From the NCBI GenBank assembly GCA_025786725.1, contig JAHLTZ010000008.1:682001-746000 (forward strand): DNA of 64,000 bases. Direction: 5' to 3'. Position 1 is the first letter of the stretch. Each line of letters begins with the position of its first letter. This DNA is from Syncephalis fuscata S228. Taxonomy: Eukaryota > Fungi > Zoopagomycota. Position numbers and translations under genes: made by a program. Under the pieces are notes generated by a model. It ran no database searches and had not been told where the DNA came from. It saw nothing but the letters and a program-made list of their open reading frames with translations. Positions 14,726-28,983 of this stretch are shown here, in pieces.

Positions 14726-15372
14726 GTAAGCATTTGTTTAAACTGAGTCGGCCGCCAGCTATCGACCGGATATAACCTAGTTAGTATATGCATATAGTTA
14801 ATAATAGCCTATTAACAAAAGCCAGTCGTAGAAGCTTTTTAATTTTGCAACGGTCACAATAGTAAAAGCAGCTATTATAACAGTTGCAAATATTAGAAAG
14901 CTTTTACGACTAGCTTTTGCCAATAGGCTATTCTTATCTATACGTATATAATGGTTGGGCCACAACCGGTCGATAACTGTGTTTAGCGTGTTTTAGTATT
15001 TATGACTGCATGCAGTATTTGCTGCCGGGGAAATCCGGGCTATATGCATGGTAGTTTAATGTTAGTCATGCGCAGATAACGATAGCATTTATCCGATACA
15101 TTAAATGTGAAGTCAATATAGAGCATGCTCTACTATTGCCAATTACTAGTGTTGAGTCATCGGCTATTGTCAATGTAAAGTGACACTAAAAACTAGCAGT
15201 ATTCATTGAGTGACGCACAGAAGAATATATGCGCATAATAGGTGACGCATCTTACTTTGTCAAGTAACTGTATCATTGTCTAGTTTATCTATTGAATTGT
15301 GCAATTATTACCATACAGTTTATTAGCCTATAGTTACAATCCAATTACTAATTAATGACTGTTTTATTATAG
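14726..15372 (+). other. Putative long 5'-UTR intron of the GDS1/APSES gene
   Basis: Strong donor cag|gtaagc at 14726, branch-like tactaat near 15346, acceptor ttattatag| at 15372, 77 nt before ATG 15450. Confidence 0.5.
14756..14979. repeat. Imperfect inverted repeat / long fold-back hairpin (candidate structured RNA)
   Basis: 14803-14863 pairs with 14871-14932 around a 7-nt loop. Outer arms cagctatcgaccgg / ccggtcgataactg and tatatgcatatag / ctatacgtatata also pair. Confidence 0.9.
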
Positions 15373-15449
15373 AGTTGGACTAGAACTGCTATAGCATTTT
15401 CCATCTATATATTTTGAACGCAGTCTGACCGGGGCTAAACGCATGAAGC

Positions 15450-18400
15450 ATGGAGCAAGTGGCCGCGCCCACATTTGGCGCACACATGGATCATGGAGAA
15501 TTCCATACAACAACCGCTGCTACAACCACCAAACCAACAACAAATGCAACACGGCGATCGCCAATTCGTTTAAATAATGGCGATAGTTTAACAAATATAC
15601 ACTCTACCGAACAGATGGATCATGACAATGCTACACGGCCTACACTGACCCGTGTACGTCGACCTACTGAACGGGCACTGGCCAGTTATAGCAGTGTAAA
15701 TCAGCATAGTACTAACGAGGCTAAACATGTCACACAAGGATCAGCCAATATGGCTATTAAAAGTGCCGTTACCGCCAATACACCAACATCGTTATCGTCG
15801 TCACCGTCGTTATCGTCACCGTCGTTTGCATCGCCGATAGTTTCTAATGAACAGACATCTGGTTCTACACAGTCTAGTAGAATAAAGCCTACGACCAATC
15901 ATGCTTTGGCAATTGCGTCTTCTTCAACGCCCGTTTCTACCTGGACACCCGAACCATTACCTCCTATTCCAGCTGATGCTTCTAGTCATGTTCAATTTGA
16001 CTTTTCTGCCATGCATCCGGATGATGCACGCGATAAAGTGTTTGTGGCGATTATTAGAGCACTTGTGCAATTGGGCAATCGACCAAGTTCACCGAAAGAA
16101 CTAGCCAGTGCTATTATGCGATTTCATTTTGCTGTATTAGGGTGAGTAATTAGAATATACATGTTATAATAGTATTAACAATATTAATGCTATTATAGTG
16201 GATCGACACCTTATGCTACAGTATCATCGCGTATTTCACAGCATTTTAACGAGTCGCTGAGGCACGTCCACCACGATCACCAGTACTTGGTAAACATGTT
16301 GATGAACGCATTCACGTAAAATCCATTACTATCTAGCTGGTGTTGGCCAATTACCTATTATGTCACCACTATCAGCCGGTACATCCGATATGTCAGAGGC
16401 CGGCACTCCTGTACTATCTGGTATGATAGATGGCTGTTATGATGATGTGGCATCAACAGCAGATCGTTCTACAACAGCCGATATAGATGATACTATGGAA
16501 CTATCCTCATCGTATACACAATCGTGCAATTCAGTTCGTAAACGGCCACGGTCACGTACAAGTGTTCAACAGCAACGCCCAATCGCTCAGAAACGACCAC
16601 GTAGACCCTCAGTATCCGCTATCTTTCTTAATAACTCTGGCACCGCCGTTCCAGGTCGTCCTGATGAAATGCCACGTTGGCGACGAGCTGCCTTTTGTCT
16701 TAGTGATGGCGATGACGGTGATAATGACGATGACGATGACGACGATGACGACGAGGAAGATAACGACGACAATGTTATTCATAACGGATTAAAACAACAT
16801 TATGAACAACAAATCCATCAGATAAATACAACACACGTGTTTAATGATATCAGCGTAAAAATAGCACCAATCATGGTCATGCATCATCAACTCAATTTAA
16901 AAATCGACCCAAAAATCAACGTCGACATCAATCATTATCACAGTTTGCATTTGACGATGAAGAAACAATGCACTCTTTAAAATTAGGCAATGGACAGATT
17001 CGCCGTTCAGCCAGTGTTTCAATCAGCTCTAATCATTCTCTAGTGGATCCAGTACTTACTCGACCACTCGATGCACTGTCCGTCTTACCGGCAACACTTA
17101 TAGTATGGAACGTAAATCTAGTAGAAGTAATAATGGCCCGTCCATTAATCGACCATTACGGCGTGTACACGATGACGAAGAAGATGAAGATGAAGAACAT
17201 GAAATTAGTATGGTAATCGATGATGACGATGAACTAGACGACGAAGACGACGAAGAGGCAGAGATTAGTGATTATGCTGATGACATGATGAATGGTCTAC
17301 TTGAAATGGATGATATGGAACCAGTTGAAATTGAAGACATTTCATCTTGTGCCACGACTGTTCCTTTACCGATTTGTGGTAAATTTGATACTGTAAAATC
17401 AATCAATGTACCCGCTTCACCAAGTGATCAATTAATGGCACAACAAGCATTACACACACATCATTTAGCACAACCATCCGCACATTTACACCATACACAT
17501 ATTCATTCTCAACAGCAGTCATATCGGTCAAGACGTCGTTCATCTTTAGCCATTTTGGGTGGACAAGGCTCTCCGTCATTTAGTAGTCTAGTGGATGCAC
17601 TGTCACGGGCTAGTGGTGAAGCGCGTGGATCGTCCAGTGTATCATCTCTATTTGGTGATGAACTAATCATGTCATCGCGTGATTTAAATGGTGCATTATT
17701 TAGTAGTGGCATTCCACCGGTAGTGCCACCACCACCATCGCCTATTGCGTTTGACACGGCATCGATACCATTAACAGATTTAAGAGATCCAGAATCAATG
17801 TCTGCCATTGAATTAGATCGATTATTTGGTGGCAGTAATGGTAGTTTAAATGCATCGTCATTCAAAACTGGTTTATCTTTAATAGATAATGATACGCCCA
17901 ACACTGTTAGTACTAAAAATGATGAACAGGATGACGATGTGAAGATGGAATCAGTATCGACAGTCAAAGCAATAGTAACGAAAGATAGTCAACAGGTTGA
18001 ACTCGTAGATACAGCTGCTCTATCAACAGCATCAATTACTAAAGGTGGATGTAATTCTAGTGGAGTACAGGGATGCATCAACGAGTTTAATGCAAAAACT
18101 AGATACGCCGCCAACATCGCCAAAACTATTTGTAAAACGTGTTCCTTCAACGACAAATACTGGCACAAATTCAACAACTAGTTCTATTGCCCATCGAACA
18201 ATACATCCAAAGTCATCTGGGCCTATATTACCTGGAGCATTAACGTCCATGCCTATGGTACTTACTGGGCCACCATTAGTAGTACCGGCACCACGTCGTT
18301 CTATTTCATCTACTGTGTCAAGTACTACGACCACAATGACGACTGCCACCACTATGGCTACAACATCCACAACTGGTTTTGATAATGTACAAGACAAGCA

Positions 18401-20404
18401 CGCTACTGGTATGCCACCACTTCGTACAACAGCCATGCGATTACCGGCACCACTAACACGTCCTCGACCACAATTAGTACGTGATTTAACACGCGGCCTA
18501 CCTTCTAGTATAAAACGTACCATTGGCAATAATAAAGAACCGATTAATTTGTCAGCTATAAAGAGTCCACCAACACCACAACAACAGCATACTACGAAAA
18601 CAGCAATGCATCGTAGAGGATCAAGAGATATACATGCTAATGCAGCCATTTATCCCGGTAGAACCACCATTACCGATCCAATGGACACATCTCATGCCAA
18701 AGAGGAAACAGCCACTACAACCCATCCATATGGCATCGATCCATCTATACCAATTATTCCAACATCGCGACCTACATCACCCGTAATTGTTATCATGGCC
18801 ATTGAAGGTTCACCCTTCTACGTAACAACACTAGGGCCGGCACAAGGCTTTTCACGCGACTTTCGTATGATGCGCCGTGTTGATACTGGATACGTTAATG
18901 CTAGTGCCTTGCTTGAAGCAGGTGGCATTGAAACAGAATCAGAACGTAGTATCATCCTTAGTTTAGAGATTGGACGGATGCGTGTCCCTCAACGAGAAAG
19001 TGAATTGTTTGGCACATGGATTCCGCTGGGTCGGGCTCGTGCTTTGGCGGCCACTTGTTCATTACAAAACCGATTGGGCCCATTTCTTAACGATAATCTG
19101 GCCACCTATTTCCCGTCACCATTACCGACAGAAGAGATTGAAACGCTGTGTGAGACGGCCATTACCAGCAATAACAACGCTGCAAGTAATACAAACACGC
19201 ATGTTTCCGATACAGCCACCACTGGTGCAACAACAGATGCAACAAGTAAAGAGTCGTCATTGCCTGCAGTTACTCAGGTGTTGGCTCAAACGCTCTCACA
19301 CCGTCTAGCATCATTAGGATTGGACAATAACAACGTGTCAATATCACCTTCAGACAGCGATCAGCTTAGTCAACCAGATGTTGATATGAGCGACACTAAT
19401 GAAAGTGCCATGATCAAGAAATGGATACAAAGTCATCGTTGAATAAAGGCGATATAACTTTAATGGATACAACAGTGTCCTCGGCCACAGGCACTGGATC
19501 CACAGCATTGCCAGCCGTTTCGTCGCCCCTATCGATAGACACGCTATCGACGGCCATGTCAACAACTACAGCCGCCCCGCCTATTTCGACTTTTCTACTT
19601 TCCCGAACTGTTCAACAGCGAAGTAGTAGTAGTCACGGCAGTAAGGCCACTTGGCTACCTGCTCGGTCAATGTCGACGGATGGACCAAATTGGGTCCCGT
19701 GGACGCGCAATATATCGCCTTTTCCCTTTATGGTAGTACACAAAGGCTACCACTGAAGCATCAGGGGAAAAGCCCCATGTTAGGTGGCGGTGATCATAGT
19801 GAAATGACCCGAATTGCTCTAGGTGGCTTGAGTTTAGGTGGTGGCAGCTCAATGCTGTCTACTACAATTACAGGAACATCGGCCGGATCAACGACTAGTA
19901 CAGATGGTAAATTGATATCTAATGCATCAAGTCTTTCAATACGTCGATTGCAACAAAAAACACCTGTTAATTCGTCGATGGTAGGCACAGTAACCGGATC
20001 AACCGCTTCACCATTAGTATCGACGAGTAAATCAAGGCCAGGACAGCATAAAACATCAACGGTCACCGCATCTACTAATGCTGCATTGGCAACATCTTTC
20101 AATAATGCATCGCCGAAACGACCACGATCCCGTAAAGAGGAGGTGTCACCCCGTCCATTGAATACACCAAACAGTAAGTGTTGGTCTATTTAGTGACATG
20201 ATTACAATGTTAATTACTTGTTTTATTATAGATACTACAGTGACTGCCACCACCACTATAGGCAAGCAGCATGGCAATGCTGTCTCTATTCCGGTTGAAA
20301 CTACCGCCGATCATATTCGAGTTACATTGAATAAAACAATGGAAGATGAAGAAGATGAAGAGTTGGATGTAGGCGGCGAAGATGAAGAAGATGATCTTCG
20401 ATAG
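15450..20404 (+). CDS. Large transcription factor with GDS1/HARE-HTH-type winged helix and APSES (KilA-N) domain (several apparent frameshifts)
   Basis: DKVFVAIIRALVQLGNRPSSPKELASAIM..LG|GSTPYATVSSRISQHF (intron 16142-16198). APSES-like MMRRVDTGYVNASALLEAGG...LFGTWIPLGRARALA. Last intron about 20174-20231; acidic C-terminus. Confidence 0.8.
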
Positions 20405-21245
20405 ATTCTATATTATTACTACGACTATGATTATTATGCTTATTCTTATGAATGACTGTATCAACAAACCATTTCTATTAACAACATCTTATTAACATCC
20501 TCCTATCACCATCCTTATACTTCTCGTCATTAATATGGCGTGTATTTGCTCGTTTATGCGTTTAATTGCTTTTTACACTATTATTATTCATAGTCGCTTC
20601 TAGTAACACTCTTATCACTACTTGTTTATTCGTTTTGTTCTTCTTTCTATTTGTTTTATTATTCATATAAGATCACATGGTCATTGCCGTCTGTAGCTTG
20701 TTTAACAACAATAATAAATGTTAAAAATAATATATTATATCGCTAAACGTTGTACTATTAATTACTTGTTTCAGAAGTGTACAAATAAGGCTGTAGTTTG
20801 TACATTCAAACATTGCGATATCCTTGTTATCTACAATTTGTATTTTGTAAGTTGCTATAATTGAGAGAGCAATTTGTTGTTATGCTGATTACCAACCGTC
20901 GACTCGTACGCACCGTTGTTTGATATGACCCGCTTGTTTCAATGTGTTTGTATAAGCACGGATAAAAGAATAGTCGGCAGTAACTGTATTACAAAAAATA
21001 GGCCTTAACGAGGAGTAACACAATAGGCCAATCTTGGCTTTTCTTTAAATTTTGACACACAAAAATATTAGCTATGACGATTGAGTATAAATATTGGTGT
21101 CTATATCGGCTGTATTGTCCATATACAAGTACCACTTTCACTCGCACTCATTTCTTATTCCTACTATCTATCATTGTGCTGGACACTTGATAATTCAACG
21201 TTAATTACTGGCTACGTAACGTTCTTTGATTTATTATCTAGCAAT

Positions 21246-22016
21246 ATGTATCGCAATACTGAAGCATTGGGTTTATTGTCGCTGGCAATGTTAGCCGTTG
21301 TATTAACAACAACAACAACTAGCGTTGAGGCAGCACCAGTAGTTATAGGTGGTGTTTCGGCTAATGGCAAGCCTGATGCCATTAATACTCGGTTCAGAGG
21401 TGGTATCAATCGTGGTGGTAGCGCTATTGCCAGTGGCAGTGACGATATTGATTGGTACAACCCATATTGGATCTATGGTGGTGGCAATGGTGGCGGTGGT
21501 AATGATGATGATGACGACGGTAATAGCTATTGGACACAGCCAAAACCTCCACCAAAGCTTTTTCGACCCTTCCACCCACCAGTTGTAGCAGCAGTTCAGC
21601 TACCTGGTAAGGAATTTCCCATAGGCGGCAATTTCTTTAATTTCCCAACTAAAGTTGAGACAATAAAGCGTGCAAACACTGATTCAAATAAGTCTGTAAA
21701 AACTGAGCCAAAAACAGCAGATCAACCAAAGTCAACAGATGAACCAAAGCCAAATGATCTATCAAAGTCAACAGATGAACCAAAGCCAAATGATCTACCA
21801 AAGTCAACAGATGAACCAAAGCCAAAAAACCAACCAAAGACAGCAGATCAACCAAAGTCAAAAAATCAACCAAAGTCAAAAAATCAACCAAAGTCAAAAG
21901 TTGATTCAAAGCCGAAAGCAACTGGACCTGTAGAGCAAGATCAACAAAAAGCACAGGATAAAAAGTCTGTACCGCCTACAAAAAAGACACAAAAGAATGA
22001 ACCTGATACAAAATAA
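21246..22016 (+). CDS. Secreted protein with Lys/Pro-rich C-terminal repeats, unknown function
   Basis: Signal peptide MYRNTEALGLLSLAMLAVVLTTTTTSVEA|AP; intronless; KSTDEPKPNDL and QPKSKN repeats. Confidence 0.75.
   Translation: MYRNTEALGLLSLAMLAVVLTTTTTSVEAAPVVIGGVSANGKPDAINTRFRGGINRGGSAIASGSDDIDWYNPYWIYGGGNGGGGNDDDDDGNSYWTQPKPPPKLFRPFHPPVVAAVQLPGKEFPIGGNFFNFPTKVETIKRANTDSNKSVKTEPKTADQPKSTDEPKPNDLSKSTDEPKPNDLPKSTDEPKPKNQPKTADQPKSKNQPKSKNQPKSKVDSKPKATGPVEQDQQKAQDKKSVPPTKKTQKNEPDTK
21705..21905 (+). repeat. Coding tandem repeats (18-nt units organised as 36-nt units)
   Basis: caaagtcaacagatgaaccaaagccaaatgatcta repeated, plus caaccaaagtcaaaaaat repeats. Confidence 0.85.
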
Positions 22017-23822
22017 TTAACATCTTGATTCATCGTATATCTGTGTTTTATGCTTTAATAAAGTTTCAAATAATGCTTTCAATTAATTACTGCTTTAATA
22101 CAAATATATCAAGTTAACAAATTACCATTTATTATTAAAATCAATCAGTATAGTAAATAGCATTTAAATATTACACTAATTTATTTAGTATTAATCTACA
22201 AATTACTACATTTCCTATTGCTATTCTTTATGAATTAATACAATTAACTAAATAATCTTATAATCTATAATAACGATGCAGAAGAAATATAAATATGGTT
22301 TATTCCTATTTATTGTAATGTACAAGATTGTGCCTAGATGCCACTAAATTTGGATTGTTTATATATTTTCTCTTTTACTATTAATACACGGTAAAAAATA
22401 CTCCGTCTAAATTAGTAACTGCTAAGCAAGTACCATGCTAAGATTGCCTAGTTTATTTCCCCGCCCGTGCACGTATACACACATTATAGTATACAGCCTA
22501 AACTCCGCTATAACTATACTATTATCAATCTACAACATCAATAGATAAATAGCTATTACTTGGCGTAAATCATTGTCCTGCCTTACTCTATTTACCAAGC
22601 CGTGTATAAATGGCCTTTAAACAAACTAGTTTATTAGCTCGGCAATTTCATACTTTTTTTACACCCAATTATGACTTGGCCGTATTTCATCCACATTATT
22701 AACACACTCAGCACACTCAGACGCCCACTCAAACACCTACACACACACACACACACACACTCAGACACACCATAATAATAATATATTAATGGTCGGTAAG
22801 TAAGGCGGTGCTATAAATGAACAAGTAGCCATAAGCATTCTTTCGTTTCATTCTATTCTTACTTGCCAGTTCTATTCACTGTCACTGCTATCTTTTGCTT
22901 TACAAGGATCATTGTTATAAAGAATGATCAACTGTTTCTAATTCCACTCAAATACGGATGCTATGCGTTTCATCAAGACTTGTATGCTCACAAAGTTGTT
23001 CTAGTTCTAAAACGCACGGATTCTTTGCATCAATAGGCTTCTCTTGCGTATAATCAACCAACCAACCACCACATCTTTTACAGCAACAGCTACTTATTCA
23101 TATTTGTCAAGTTTAGCGATTTTGGTAAGTCTTTTTAATAGTAAATAGGGTGGATTGTTTGTATACATATACATGTATGTATGAGATAGATATCATAGAT
23201 TGAATACTATATAGCTATTAGAATAGATAGACTAGAGCAACGACATACATAGTATAGATTGTCTTGTATAGATGGTAGATTACGTCTATATCTATAGCGT
23301 CTATCTATTATAGTAGCAATACAACGCTCTACTATGACTCTAGTTGTCTACTGGTAGATACAGACTGCCATACACACTTGTATTGTAAAGTACTATACTA
23401 TACGGTGGGCTGCACGTGCTTCCATCACATGTTGAGGATTAGTATGTGTACAAGCCATGCGATATAATGTCCGCATTTTCCGGTTTACTATGAATACAGC
23501 GTCACTACAAGTATACTGTCAACGATGCTTGCGCGTTCAATCTCTTTCTTTCTTTCTTTCTTTCGTCTGTTCTCTATTTGTTTGCGTGTTTCATTCTATT
23601 ACTCTGTAGTGCATTATCGTGCTTTATTATAGTCATAGCGGTGTTTCAATATTGACTCCATTTGTATTTCGTGTTCTATATCTCACTCATTCACACTTTA
23701 TATATATATATATGTATATATGTACAATCACGCATATTGTCATCAAAATAGCATTAATAGCTTACTAACAACATTATTTGTATATTTACTTTTTTATTAT
23801 TACTGCAAATTATGTTATAATA

Positions 23823-26800
23823 ATGGCCACAACTAATATTACCGATTTGGACTTTTTTTCTTTATCGCCGGTATTGGATCTTTGTTTGGATTTCAATTTG
23901 GAAACAACTAATACAACTAGATCGTCTGTTACTCTTTCATCAATATTTACGACCACTTCTGACGGACTACTTGCTCCGCCTGATTATTATACATCATCTG
24001 CGTGCAGTAGTCTACCTTCAAATTCCGACGCCAATAGCGATCTAGAATTACTGAGTGACCAAACAAGCGATATTGACTTTTGTTTTTCCTGGCTACCACT
24101 TTATTATCCACAGCGCAAACGCCCTCACCACCTTCAAATCGTCGTCCACGCTCGTTGCCATTACAACCGATTGCTGGTAGCATTTGGCATTACAAAACAA
24201 TTGCATCTTCTTCGGCTTCGTTGATAGCGACCAAATACACAGCAGACTACGTATCAGTGGATATGTCGCAGCCTACGGGCTCATCAGGAGCAGATGCTCC
24301 ACGTAGACTGTTTGACGATGAAAGTATTATGGCCATGTTAGAAGGTTTATCGGGGGATGTAAATCTAGATGGATTTTTAAGTCTGGATTCATCCAAGAAC
24401 AATAACAACAATAACACGAATAGTGCAAGGGCTGGTTTATCGACTAATAGCGGCCAATCTACTATAGGCACTTTATCTAATTCGCTCAATCCAAAACAAC
24501 AACAGCTATTCACCACCCCAGTCACACCAGTTGTTCAAACTGAACAACGACGACGACCCAGTACTACTAGTCAAACACGAGATGGACGTGTTCTATCTAC
24601 AGCACTTGTCTTTCAAGGCGATCCAATGGATGAAGAGGATTTACGGCGGTGTAATTCACGACGACGTGCACATCTCCAAAAGCGTAATTTAGATCATCAA
24701 GCAATAATTGATGATGAACCAAATCAACCTATTGATGCCAACTTTTTTGCCGAATTTCCTGATGAAGTTGATGAAGAAGCGACAGAAAATACAGAACATC
24801 AAAAACTACAAGATTTACGATCTATACTTATGCAAACAATAGGTGGTCAACCGGGTGTTGGTGACAGTAGCGGGCCTACATTGCCATTTCCCGGCGAAAG
24901 TATTTCTACTGCACGTTCCGTCCCAGTCAATCCAGTACAGCAAAAGAGAACGCGTTCAGCAATGGCCAATCCACCACCTGCTGCAGTTGCAGATAATCTA
25001 ACTGCCTCTCTAGCTAGAGCTGCATCAGTTGATACTTCGAATAAGCAGATGCAAAAGGATAATTATAGCGATTCAGTTAATTACTATGACACTACGCTAG
25101 ATCAACAACAGGATTTAGATTATGCACGTACAGATGATGAAACAGATAATCTAAGAGCTATGATTGCAGCATTAGAGGCAGCGGGCCAAGATCCAGAAAA
25201 GATTGCTCGACAAGTTCATATATTTCAAATTATTCAAGGCAATATGGCACATAGTACCCAGCCACCATTACGTCGTTTAAATGCCAAAGAAATCCTTCGA
25301 CAAGGTATTTCTGCCCCTCGTTATATTATCGGATCAGCCCAGGTTGAAGTGCAATCATTACGGCGACCATTAATCGACCCAAATGCACTACCTAGTGAGG
25401 ATCCATCTGCTACTGGTCGTCTAGATCCAGTCCATGAAGATCCAGACGCTGCTAATGGTGTTCGTAATGGAAATGATTCATTGCGTAGACAGTTTAAAAC
25501 TATTGGTAAAAAGATTAAAAATACAGTGGGCAAAAAACCAATAATGATGGCCGACTTATGCCACACCTATCGTTGGAACAGCATCAAGAATATATTATGC
25601 GACAACAACAGCTTCATGAACAATTAGTTAATCAAATGAAACAGGCCGCCTTAGTTATTAACGGTGTTTTAGGCGAGTCAGCTACGAATAACAATGGTTC
25701 ACGTATGGCAGTAGGTGCCAGTAGTGCCAATACTGATTTTATGCAACAGCGTTCATTAGCACCTATTGGTGTACCGCAGTCAATGCCACTTAGTGATGCT
25801 TCTTCACAGCGCTCAGGTCGTAGTGCCAATAGTGGTAATAGTAATAGCGATAATCGATATATAGAGATGGCCATGAATGCCGATAATATTCCTTTGATAG
25901 GACAGGATGATGCAAATGACGATGAAAATATTCTATTACAGCAGCAACAACATTTACTTATGCAACAACAGCAGTTACAGCAACAACATCAGTATTTGCA
26001 ACAACAGCTGTTTTTATTACAACAACGTCAAGAAGAAGCTCAGGTAGAAGAAGATCAAAATGAATTATCTTCACAGTTAACGGTCAATCAAGTTAAGCCG
26101 CGTAACCAATTGCCAACACATACACGAAATACATCGACAAGTAGAATGCGATCCGAATTTATTAATGATCCACAGCGTGCGTCAGCAACTTCAATATCTG
26201 CTTTATTGCCACCTGATCTAGCTACAATGATGGTAGGCCATCAAAAAACAGCAGCCAATTTCTATAGTAATGGCAGCGGTGCTGCTTCTTCGGTGGATTC
26301 ACTTGTAGCACAAATTAATGCTGCATTAGAACCAGCACAGTTGAATACTAAACGTACAACAACAGCTAATGGTTCCAATGTGGCTGTTTCTAGTACTCTA
26401 CGTGGTGAAATTAGAACAGATACTGCTTCACCACGGCCAATTGCAAATGACGCACCTACTGTAGTAGTTTCATCGACCACATCCAATTCGGCTGAAGCTA
26501 TTCCGCCACCACCAGGCCATCGACCACCCCCTGCACCGCCTGAGACTAATAAGAGCAGTACTGCCGCAGCTAAAAGTCCAATCCTATCACATAGTACAAT
26601 AACTACAACAGTAGCTGGATCATATCAAACCAGTACTTCACCAAGTGCATCATCAAAAGCAGTCAGCCAAAATGAATTATTATCCACATCTCCTGTCCAA
26701 ACAGCCTCACCAAATACTAGTCCAATGGCTTCAAAATCGGCCTATCGACAATCACAACGCTTTTCACGTTTGATGATGCCTCAAACACCTATTGTAGAGG

Positions 26801-28983
26801 CTGTCTGGTCAACAGCACCTAGTGAAACGGCAACGGCAACATCCAGCAACACAAATGCTGGACGAGTGGTTGATAATACAGCACAGAACAAATTACAGCC
26901 ATTAACTGAAGAAAATGGTGATCGGCAAATTAATGCAGCTACAACTAATCAGCCGCAGGAAGAACAATCACCACCAGATGACTTTTTATTGGTCGGTGAG
27001 CAAGAGGAATCGGTTAAGACCAAGGGAAGCACTGATAGCAGCAACAATAAGCAAACCAGTGAATCGGCTATAACTACACCTACACTATCAGCACAAAATC
27101 TTTCATGTAAAAACAGTCCACAGAAAGAAAAGGCCACTCCAGTAGTTGAATCGACAAAGTGTAATAGCGAGCAACAGTCACTTGATGATGACAACACAAC
27201 AGAATCAAGTCAACAAGCAGAAGCAGTAAAGAGTGTTAAAGCAGCTACATTAGAAGTTACAAATGATAATAATTTATTACAGCTCCTACCTGCTTTACAG
27301 ACTATCTCGCCTTTTACATTGTCATCAGAAGGACAGCCGACTAGCTTATCGGGTACCAAGTCTAATAACGCTAATAATGGCCTGCCACTACTTGCTCAGT
27401 CATACCATCGCCCGATTATGATAATACAATTGATTTCTCGGATGAATATGATGAAAATGAAGATGAAGAAGACAACGACGACAATAATTCTAATCAATCA
27501 GGACTGAAGATGCTAATGATGATGATGAAAGCACTTGTCGTGGCCGTTCAGCTAAACAAGCAAGTCGGCCACGTCGTTCACAGGAATATCGACGCACTAA
27601 TCGTCTAAGCGGACTTAGCCGCAGCCGCAGTCGTAGCCGTAGTAGAACACGCGCTGGTCGCCACAATATGGGACGCCATCGCAATAAGCGTGAATCTAGC
27701 GGCATCTTCTCGCAGTTCGTTTGCGTAAACGTGACTCTGCCATGTCAGTTTGGAGTATTGATGTGCCTGACCAGACGCCACTACCAGCTGCACCGCCACC
27801 AGGCGTTCCTCCAGTCCCTCGTTTAACAACAGAGCTGGTTAGCATGCCTACGGTAACGCCAGCAAACGAACCTACATTAACACCTATGTCTTCATCACGT
27901 GCACCTACAACTACACCAGTTCATTCGGCTAATAATAAACTGGCCACAAGTAGTACGGCTAGCACGCTACCTGAATTAAATCTAGATCACGACAACCCAA
28001 GTACTGAATGGGTGCCACAGCCGACATTTGCCGCTGCCGTAGCCAATGCTATGGCTTCATTGACTGCCGATGAAGCAGCCACATTAGCCCAGGCTAGTGC
28101 AATAGCTACTAACAGCAAAGGAAATGCTTCTCAGCCTGCACCAAATAATATCATTAACGATATGTTGCAACGATTGGCCGAATCTAATCCAGAGCTGCTT
28201 AATGAAGGCTATACCGGTTCTATATTTGATCTTTGGGCCGATGACAATACTCAAGAAGAGAACGAAGAGGATTTGGACGAAGTTAATGAGTTGGATCAAG
28301 ATGATAAGGCAGTAATAGCGGAAATGATGCAACAACACGCTGCAACATCAGCTAATCAGGATTATAAGCCAGCATCTACAGCTACACCAAATCCAGTATC
28401 ATTACTAAATCGATCAAATACACTTGCCGTAAGTAATAGAATAGTTTAAATACTAAATAGCTAACCAATTAATGGATTGATTTAATAGTCAAAAACATAT
28501 CGATCGGCACGGGAAATTGGCTATAATCGTTTATATATAAATCACGGCATTCCAACACCTTTATCTGCCGGTGCTGGTGAACCCATCGACAGCTTTCCAC
28601 ACTTGGCACGAGAACGATCTGCTACGGTCGATGCAGTTCCTCACGCTACCATAAGCCGACGAGGTACAGAATATCGATCAACCCGTTCACGAGATATACC
28701 ACTGGAAAGTGATAATACCGATTTATTTTCTGTAATGGCCAGCACTGTAACAGGCAGCAGTGGTCATCATAACCATGGTGAAGTTATTCGTGGTCGTGCA
28801 CGAGCTGCTACAGAAATTATTACTATCAACGAACCACCTATCAATACTACCAATACTACTACTACTACAGCAGATCAAGAGTCCGCAGAAGGTGCTGAGC
28901 CATCATCGTCTCGTAAAAAGACAAATGCCACGGCAACTACCGCAAAGCTGGATGATTTGATGAAGGAACTAGTTTGTGTTTAA
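23823..28983 (+). CDS. Large low-complexity (S/T/Q/P-rich) protein of unknown function; start uncertain (23823 or 24263); apparent frameshifts
   Basis: Consecutive long overlapping ORFs 24080-25627, 25558-27507, 27721-28449 and 28603-28983 with similar composition; intron about 28429-28488. No domain recognised. Confidence 0.6.

Noticed and set aside
21705-21905. Regular repeats as a CRISPR array
   Set aside because: In-frame coding repeats without unique spacers, in a eukaryotic context, with no cas genes.
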